DNA of 64,000 nt. Source: Pseudomonadota bacterium. Lineage in GTDB: Bacteria > Myxococcota > JACRCW01 > JAFGSX01. The DNA is taken from NCBI GenBank assembly GCA_043821645.1, contig JBDRCO010000002.1:2768-66767 (forward strand). Reading direction: 5' to 3'. The notes beneath the pieces were generated by a model. That model saw nothing but the letters and a program-made list of their open reading frames with translations, searched no databases and had not been told where the DNA came from. How positions within the stretch are numbered: the stretch's first letter is position 1; each line of letters starts with the position of its first letter. This document shows positions 57,991-64,000 of this stretch, in pieces. Position numbers and translations under genes: made by a program.

Positions 57991-60900
57991 TTACGGCGCG
58001 CACCGCGGCACGTTGGCGTGGAAGCTGTTGCTGTCGACGCCCTGCGTCCAGTGCCGGGGCTCGTCGCGCGGCACCACGCCGGACTCGTCGATGTTGGTCA
58101 CGTGATAGGCCTGCTGGTTGTAAACGCGGCGAGTTCCTATCCACGCGCCCTCGCTGTTGGTGAAGGCGGTCACGCCCTTGGCCGAGTGCAGCATGGGTTC
58201 GTTGAACACCACCACCATCTCGGCCCGGCCGTCGTTGTTGATGTCGGCCACGGTGGCGATCTCGGCGATGGTGCGGCTCGAGCGGTCGGCCTCGTAGATC
58301 TTCAGAAAGCCCGGCGATCCGCCCACGGTGCTGAAGGCCCAGGCCTTGCTCTCGTCGGCGTACACCACCTCGTAGTGGCCATCGCCCTCGAAGTCGAAGG
58401 CCGAGGGACCCGCCATGCCGCTGCCGTCGTAGATGTCGGCCATCCACAGCACCGTGCCGTCGGCTTCGAACACCACTACGGCACTCTGATTGGCCACCAC
58501 GATCTCGGGCCGGCCGTCGCCATCGAAGTCCGCCGCGGCTGGGATGGTGGGGATCACGCCGCTGGCATTGCCGTTCTCATCGGTTTCCGGGTTGGGGTTG
58601 GGGATGTCAAAGGGCCCGGCCACGGTGGCGCCGGTGAGGGCATTGAGGATGTGCAGCTGGTCGTTGCGCAGCACCAGCTCGGGCGTTCCATTGACGTCGA
58701 CGTCGATGACGATGGGATTGCCATCGTAGATATCATCGCGGTTCCACAGCACAGAGCCGTCGCTGCGGTACACGGTGCGGCCCGCCACGATCTCCATCGG
58801 TCCCTGCCCGTCGAGGTTGACCGCGAAGGTCTGCGGCCCGTGCCCCGAGTTGGCCGAGCCCTCGGTGCCCGTCCACAGCAGGTGGCCGTTGCGGTCGAAC
58901 AGGTTGTGGCCAAACAGGATCTCGGGGAACCCGTCCTTGTCGACGTCAGCGATGCTGACGGCGCCCGAGTTCTCCATGTCATCCTCGCTGCCACGCCACT
59001 CCTCGCTGACCCACTTGAAGGTGCCGTCATGCTCGAAGGCGATGAGGTAGCCGTACTTGAACTTGCCATTGAGTTTGGGACCTCCGGACAGGATCTCGGT
59101 CCCCTCGAGCACCAGCCACTTGCCACCCACCACCTCGGGCAGGTTGTCACCATCGATGTCCGCCACGGCCATGTTGACCTCGCTGTCCATGGCGTACTGC
59201 TCACCGCCCACGGACACGATCTCGTGGCCATCGTCGCCGGACACGATGCGCAGGTAGGACCGGATGGGGTCGTTCATGTGGTCACCGTTGTCGTTCTGCA
59301 GGTTGGTGTTGCTGCGGAACTCGGCGCCATCGAAGGAGTTGAAGATCACGTCGGGGATGTCGTTGACGTCGACCAGGCCGTCGCCGTTGTCATCGTTCAT
59401 GTTGGCCACCATCGGCGTGACCCACACCTGGTCCGCCGCGGACTCGACCGCGGAGCCGTCCCAGCGCCACAGGGTCTGCGGCGAGAAGGTGCGCGGTGGG
59501 ATGCACGGTGGCAGGTTGGGCTCGACGCCGGCCACGGTGACGTCGACGTTGATGATCGGGTGACAGGCGTTGGAGTGGATGGAGACCTGGGCCGTGAAGG
59601 CTCCCACATAGCCCGGTCCGAAGGTGACCTGAACCGCGAGCTGGTCGCCAGGCCCCAGTACCGCGGGCTGCACCGCGCTCACCGCGAAGGGAGGCGCGGG
59701 GCTCACCGCCACGCTCGAGATGGAGACGACCTCGGTGCCGTAGTTGGTGCAGATCACGGTGCGGGTGGCGGGCTGGTCGCTCGGGATATCCCCCATGTCC
59801 AGGGTGTCGGGCTCGCAGGCCAGGAAGGGTGGGCACAGGCCGCTGGCATTGCCGCGCAGCAGGACCACCGTGGTGTTGTCATCGGGGTCGTCGCTGATGA
59901 TCTCGATCGCGCCCAGGTCACCTCCCATGTCGTCGGGGCGGTAGCAGACCTGTACGTTGATGCTCTGGCCTGGCTGCAGCGCGCCGGGCAAGCCAGCGGG
60001 CGGTGTCACCTCGAAGGCCTGGGAGCTGCCCGACTGCAGCACCACCCCGCGCAGGTTGAGCTCGGTCTGGCCGCAGTTGGACACGGCAACGGGCGCGCAT
60101 GGACGCTGCCCGGTGTTGACGGTCCCGAAGTCCAGCAGGCTCGGGTCGACGCAGATCTGGGGCGCCGAGCCGTTCCCCACGAGGTCCACGTAAGCGTTCT
60201 GGGTGGGCGTGCCAAAGCCCTGCTCCTTGAACTCGATGCGCAGGCGGCCGGTCTTGGGGCCCTCGCTCACGGGCTTGAAGCTCACCGGCACGCTGAGCGA
60301 GTCCCCCGCAGGCACGATGGCGCCGATGATGGGGAAACCGATGTTGCCGACGAAGAAGTCCGGCGCGCCCTGGCTGATCTCGGCCTTGCGCACCAGGCAG
60401 ACCTCGTCACCGATGTTGTTGAGCACCACGCTCAGGTTGGTGGTCTGCGAGGTCGAGGCGGTGCCGAAGTTGAGCGAGAGCGGGTCCGGTTCGATGAAGC
60501 AGCCCGACGGGATGGTGCCGTCGCCCTCGAGCTGGATATCGAATGTGGCCTCCGCAGGATCGTCGCTGGCCACGGTGAAGGTGGCGTTGGCCAGGGCGCT
60601 CTGGCTCGGCGCGAACTGGAAGGTGACAGTGCTCTGCCCTCCCGCGGCAATGGTGCGTGCTGGCGGTGCGCCGCCCGCGGTGATGGTGAAGTCCGTGGAG
60701 CCGGCGGTGCGGGTGATGGACTGCAGGCTGCACTCGAGGCGGCCGCGGTTGATCAGGGCCACGTCGTAGCTGCGACTCTGGCCCGGGCGCACGTGGCCAA
60801 GCTGCACGCTGCGCGGCACAGCGTCGAGGTCACAGGCTGGCGGGGTGATGGCCACGGCCGTGAGCACCAGGAACGAGGTCGGGTTGATCGGACCCACGGC

Positions 60901-61653
60901 GTCGATCTGCAAGAAGCCTGCGCTCGACGAGGGATCCGAGAAATCACCGGTGGTGGCCGACTCGAAGCCAAAGGTCACGATCACCGTGTCCCCCGGCGCC
61001 AGGGGGCCGTGCGGCAGCGTGGGAGCGGTATCGATGGAGAAGGGCGGGAACGAGCGCTGCGGCGTCAGGGTCTGCAGGGTCAGGGGCTGGGTGCCACAGT
61101 TGCTCAGGGTGACGTCGCGGGTCTCGTGGGTGTTGATGTTCACCTCGCCGAAGTCCACCTGCGAGGTCGACACGCAGAGCTTGGGAGCGGCACCGCGGCC
61201 GGTCAGGTAGACCCGGACCTCGGCCTCGTCGGGGTCATTGCTGGCGATGCGCAGGATGGCGCAGTCCTCGCCTCCGTCGCGCGGCACATAGACGATGTTG
61301 AGCTGCTTCTGCTCCTCGGGATTGAACTGCTGGGGCGCGGGCTGCAGCTCGAACTCGGCCGACGGCGCGGGGCAGTGGCTATCGCCCGAATCGACGAGCA
61401 GGCCGTAGCCCTGGATGACCAGGGGCGCGGTGCCGGCATTGCGAATCTGCACCTTCTTGGTCAGGGTCGCGCCGGGCTGCACATCGCCGAAGGTGATGAA
61501 GACGGGAGACTGGTCATTGCGGGTGCCCGTCTCGGGGTCCATCACCTCGATATCCGGGGTGGGGATCTCGGTGAGCTCGGTGCCACAATCGCAGCGCGCC
61601 AGTCCGAGTATCGTGAGCAGGCTCACCAGTGCTGTGCCGCGTCTCCACTGCAT
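57991..61653 (-). CDS. Giant lipoprotein: repeated ASH/choice-of-anchor-D-like beta-sandwich domains, then an FG-GAP/VCBS beta-propeller
   Basis: Start at MQWRRGTALVSLLTILGLARC. Repeated units with ...NCGT.PL.L......FS...(TLSNCGTQPLTLQTL, VSNCGQTELNLRGV, ICTNYGTEVVSISSV). C-terminal FG-GAP-like Ca-binding repeats (DIDGDNLPEVVGG, DVDKDGFPEILFG, DFDGDGRPEIVVA, DFEGDGHYEVVYA, DINNDGRAEMVVV). Confidence 0.7.
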   Translation of the reverse strand: MQWRRGTALVSLLTILGLARCDCGTELTEIPTPDIEVMDPETGTRNDQSPVFITFGDVQPGATLTKKVQIRNAGTAPLVIQGYGLLVDSGDSHCPAPSAEFELQPAPQQFNPEEQKQLNIVYVPRDGGEDCAILRIASNDPDEAEVRVYLTGRGAAPKLCVSTSQVDFGEVNINTHETRDVTLSNCGTQPLTLQTLTPQRSFPPFSIDTAPTLPHGPLAPGDTVIVTFGFESATTGDFSDPSSSAGFLQIDAVGPINPTSFLVLTAVAITPPACDLDAVPRSVQLGHVRPGQSRSYDVALINRGRLECSLQSITRTAGSTDFTITAGGAPPARTIAAGGQSTVTFQFAPSQSALANATFTVASDDPAEATFDIQLEGDGTIPSGCFIEPDPLSLNFGTASTSQTTNLSVVLNNIGDEVCLVRKAEISQGAPDFFVGNIGFPIIGAIVPAGDSLSVPVSFKPVSEGPKTGRLRIEFKEQGFGTPTQNAYVDLVGNGSAPQICVDPSLLDFGTVNTGQRPCAPVAVSNCGQTELNLRGVVLQSGSSQAFEVTPPAGLPGALQPGQSINVQVCYRPDDMGGDLGAIEIISDDPDDNTTVVLLRGNASGLCPPFLACEPDTLDMGDIPSDQPATRTVICTNYGTEVVSISSVAVSPAPPFAVSAVQPAVLGPGDQLAVQVTFGPGYVGAFTAQVSIHSNACHPIINVDVTVAGVEPNLPPCIPPRTFSPQTLWRWDGSAVESAADQVWVTPMVANMNDDNGDGLVDVNDIPDVIFNSFDGAEFRSNTNLQNDNGDHMNDPIRSYLRIVSGDDGHEIVSVGGEQYAMDSEVNMAVADIDGDNLPEVVGGKWLVLEGTEILSGGPKLNGKFKYGYLIAFEHDGTFKWVSEEWRGSEDDMENSGAVSIADVDKDGFPEILFGHNLFDRNGHLLWTGTEGSANSGHGPQTFAVNLDGQGPMEIVAGRTVYRSDGSVLWNRDDIYDGNPIVIDVDVNGTPELVLRNDQLHILNALTGATVAGPFDIPNPNPETDENGNASGVIPTIPAAADFDGDGRPEIVVANQSAVVVFEADGTVLWMADIYDGSGMAGPSAFDFEGDGHYEVVYADESKAWAFSTVGGSPGFLKIYEADRSSRTIAEIATVADINNDGRAEMVVVFNEPMLHSAKGVTAFTNSEGAWIGTRRVYNQQAYHVTNIDESGVVPRDEPRHWTQGVDSNSFHANVPRCAP

Positions 61654-61805
61654 CGCTGACCTCCATGGGCTACTGCCTGGCTCGACCGCCACACCCCGGG
61701 GCGAGCGTCGAAGCCATTGGCGCGGGCGGAGGATAGCAGACTGCCACGGGCCATGACCACGCGTGCGCGCCAGCTCATGGCGCAGTGCGCCACGACACGC
61801 CGGGT

Positions 61806-62336
61806 TCAGGTGTCGGACGACTCTCCGAGCAAGAAGCGCACTTCTTCCTCGTAGCGGCCTGCGCGGACGGGGTCGAAACCGCGGTGGATGAAGCGCACCC
61901 GGCCCTGGCGATCGAGAATGAACGTGGCGGGAATCTGCATCACCGAGAACGCGGCGGCGCCTTCGTGCAAGCCGTCGTGCAGGACGTCGAAGGGCAGACC
62001 CCAGCGCCGGGCGAACTTCGTCGCCACGTCGCGCTCGTCGTCGATGCTCACGGCCACCACGGCCAGCCCGTCGTGGACGTGTCGGGCATGCAGGTCCGCA
62101 TAGTAGGGGAAGGCCTGGCGACAGGGCGCGCACCACGAGGCCCAGAAATCCAGCAGCACGACCTTGCCCTGATACGCCGCCAGTGTGGTCTCGCTGCCGT
62201 CGAGACGGAATAGGCGCGCCAGCTGAGGTTCAGGCGCCGGGCCCTCGCGCTGGGGCACACTGGGCAGGACCCCGGGCGGGCAACAGGCCGAACCCAGGAT
62301 AAACACCCCGACGGCGACCATCGTTTTACGCAGCAT
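61806..62336 (-). CDS. TlpA/ResA-like thiol:disulfide oxidoreductase (thioredoxin fold) lipoprotein
   Basis: WASWCAPCRQ active site. Start at MLRKTMVAVGVFILGSAC. Confidence 0.8.
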   Translation of the reverse strand: MLRKTMVAVGVFILGSACCPPGVLPSVPQREGPAPEPQLARLFRLDGSETTLAAYQGKVVLLDFWASWCAPCRQAFPYYADLHARHVHDGLAVVAVSIDDERDVATKFARRWGLPFDVLHDGLHEGAAAFSVMQIPATFILDRQGRVRFIHRGFDPVRAGRYEEEVRFLLGESSDT

Positions 62337-62419
62337 CTGCACCTCGAGCCAGCGGCCCTCTTTCATGCCAGTCCCGACGCACTGGTGCAAGGTCGCGTGC
62401 CGTTCTGGTCGTTTTTGCG

Positions 62420-63340
62420 ATGGTGCGCCTCGCCGGCCGGGTGCACCATGGCGGCACAACGCCGGAGCTCACCGTGGAGTTTTCCCCCCTCCTTGCCGCG
62501 CTCATCGCCTTCGGCATCTCCTCGATCATGTCGGTGGGCGGGATCTCGGGCGCCTTCTTGCTGTTGCCGTTCCAGGTCAGCGTGCTCGGGTTCACCGGTC
62601 CGGCGGTGACGCCGACCAATCACCTTTACAACGTGGTGGCTATTCCTTCGGGTGTGTGGCGCTACCTGCGCGAGGGCCGCATGCTGTGGCCCCTCACCAC
62701 GATCATCGTGATGGGAACCGTGCCGGGCGTGATCGCGGGGTCGCTGCTGCGCCTGTGGCTGCTTCCCGACCCTCGCCACTTCAAGCTGTTCGTGGGGTGC
62801 GTGCTGCTGTTCATCGGTAGCCGGGTGGCGGCCAAGGTGCTCAGACCCCCCGCCCAGGTCACGGCTCCGGCCGGGCGCTTCGTGGTCGAGGTCACGCGCT
62901 TCGATCTGCAGAAGCTCGAGTACCGGTTCCAGGACACGGTCCACGGTGTGAGCGTGCCCCGGCTGGCGCTGCTCACCGCCGTCATAGGCGTGATCGGCGG
63001 CGCCTACGGCATCGGCGGTGGCGCCATCATCGCGCCGGTTCTTGTCTCGGTGTGGGGCCTGCCCGTACACACCATCGCGGGAGCCTGTCTGTTTGGCACC
63101 TTCGTGACCTCGACGGTGGGCGTGGCATTCTTCTGGGTACTGAGCGTGGCGTTCGGTGTGGCCTCGGCCATGCCGGACTGGGCGCTTGGCCTGAGCTTCG
63201 GCGTGGGCGGTCTGCTCGGCACCTACACCGGTGCGCGGCTGCAGCGCTGGATCCCGGCCCGCGCCATCGAGAGCCTGCTGGCGCTCGTGGTTTCCGGCCT
63301 GGGGCTGTCCTATGCGCTGGGCTTCGTGCTGGCGCGCTGA
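62420..63340 (+). CDS. TauE/SafE-family anion exporter (sulfite exporter-like permease)
   Basis: Two 4-TM halves each with a Gly-rich motif (SVGGISGAFLLLP, GIGGGAIIAPVL). Confidence 0.8.
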   Translation: MVRLAGRVHHGGTTPELTVEFSPLLAALIAFGISSIMSVGGISGAFLLLPFQVSVLGFTGPAVTPTNHLYNVVAIPSGVWRYLREGRMLWPLTTIIVMGTVPGVIAGSLLRLWLLPDPRHFKLFVGCVLLFIGSRVAAKVLRPPAQVTAPAGRFVVEVTRFDLQKLEYRFQDTVHGVSVPRLALLTAVIGVIGGAYGIGGGAIIAPVLVSVWGLPVHTIAGACLFGTFVTSTVGVAFFWVLSVAFGVASAMPDWALGLSFGVGGLLGTYTGARLQRWIPARAIESLLALVVSGLGLSYALGFVLAR

Positions 63341-64000
63341 GTCAATCCATCGAGTAGCATCTGGTGAATGCCGCCGAAGGCGCCGTTGGACATGCACAAC
63401 ACCACGTCACCGGGCTGCACCTCGTCGAGCACCACCGTCACCATGGCGTCGATGCCGGCGATGTGCCGTGCCTGGACGCCCCGCGCCGCGATGGCCTGGG
63501 CCAGGGCATCCTCGTCGAGGGAGAGCTCCGGTGCCAGCTGACCCTTGCGGCCAGACGTGGAGATCAGCACGCGGTCGGCGTTGTCGAAGGCGCGAGCGTA
63601 GTCGTCCTGGAACACCCGACGCGCCGACGAGGCCGAGCGGGGTTCGAACAGGGCCCACAGGCGGCGGCCAGCGTAGCGCCGGCGAGCACCCTCGAGGGTC
63701 ACCCGCACGGCCGTGGGATGGTGCGCGAAGTCGTCGAGCACCATCACGTGCGCGGCCTCACCGCGCACCTCGAGGCGTCGCCGCACCCCGGGGACGTTGG
63801 CCAGGCCGTGCGCGATATCGCGGTGTTCGAGCCCCAGCCCGCGGCATACCGCGTAGCAGGCCAGCGTGTTTTCGACGCCATGCGGACCGGACAGCGCCAC
63901 CCGGACCGGCCCCTGATCCACACCCTGCCACGACACGTGGAACTGCAGGCCGACGCGGTCCTCCTCGACGTCGTGGGCCGCGCAGGCACAGTCTTCACCG
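63310..64000 (-). CDS. mpl: Mur ligase family, C-terminal part (UDP-N-acetylmuramate:L-alanyl-gamma-D-glutamyl-meso-DAP ligase-like). The 5' end lies beyond the window.
   Basis: Mur ligase middle/C-terminal blocks (VALSGPHGVENTLACYAVC, VLDDFAHHPTAV, LWALFEPRS). The reading frame stays open to the window edge. Confidence 0.7.
   Translation of the reverse strand, partial: GEDCACAAHDVEEDRVGLQFHVSWQGVDQGPVRVALSGPHGVENTLACYAVCRGLGLEHRDIAHGLANVPGVRRRLEVRGEAAHVMVLDDFAHHPTAVRVTLEGARRRYAGRRLWALFEPRSASSARRVFQDDYARAFDNADRVLISTSGRKGQLAPELSLDEDALAQAIAARGVQARHIAGIDAMVTVVLDEVQPGDVVLCMSNGAFGGIHQMLLDGLTQRASTKPSA

Noticed and set aside
63744-63998. ORF-track entry 63744-63998 (-) overlapping the mpl-like gene
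   Set aside because: It is in a different frame from the Mur-ligase reading frame and has junk-like composition. The Mur ligase frame remains open to the window edge, so this is not a frameshift.

Overview
The window is a high-GC (~70%) chromosomal segment that is almost certainly from a member of the Myxococcota. The basis is three proteins ending in a MYXO-CTERM sorting signal (GCGC, then a transmembrane stretch, then RRRR), a Myxococcus-type cysteine-rich repeat lipoprotein, and Arg/Ala-rich antisense shadow ORFs throughout. I call about 45 genes from motifs visible in the translations. Housekeeping genes: pyrH-frr, ileS, gyrB, priA, a DinG-like helicase, lexA with an overlapping SulA/ImuA-like gene, thiD, asnB, a PPi-type phosphofructokinase, and a partial mpl. 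Cell-envelope and accessory content: a tandem trio of paralogous MYXO-CTERM Cys-rich secreted proteins convergent with a B12-binding radical SAM gene, a surface-glycan cluster (GT2, lipoprotein, phosphodiester glycosidase, GtrB-like GT2, AsnB), a GH114 hydrolase, several very large secreted multidomain proteins, a Ser/Thr pseudokinase with a PEGA domain, and a receiver/coiled-coil giant built on 15-residue repeats. Non-coding features worth noting: a phased 21-bp near-palindromic repeat array in a roughly 1-kb gene-free scar upstream of lexA, a REP-like palindromic element family (three ~147-bp tandem units downstream of gyrB plus a distant copy at 57.9 kb), a textbook bidirectional terminator, and a short strongly RBS-led membrane ORF missing from the ORF track. 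No rRNA, tRNA, CRISPR array, transposase or integrase was seen. No single obvious novel system stands out; the most unusual loci are listed as findings. Coordinates may be off by about 1 nt where my reading of the printed sequence disagreed with the ORF track; I followed the ORF track frames.
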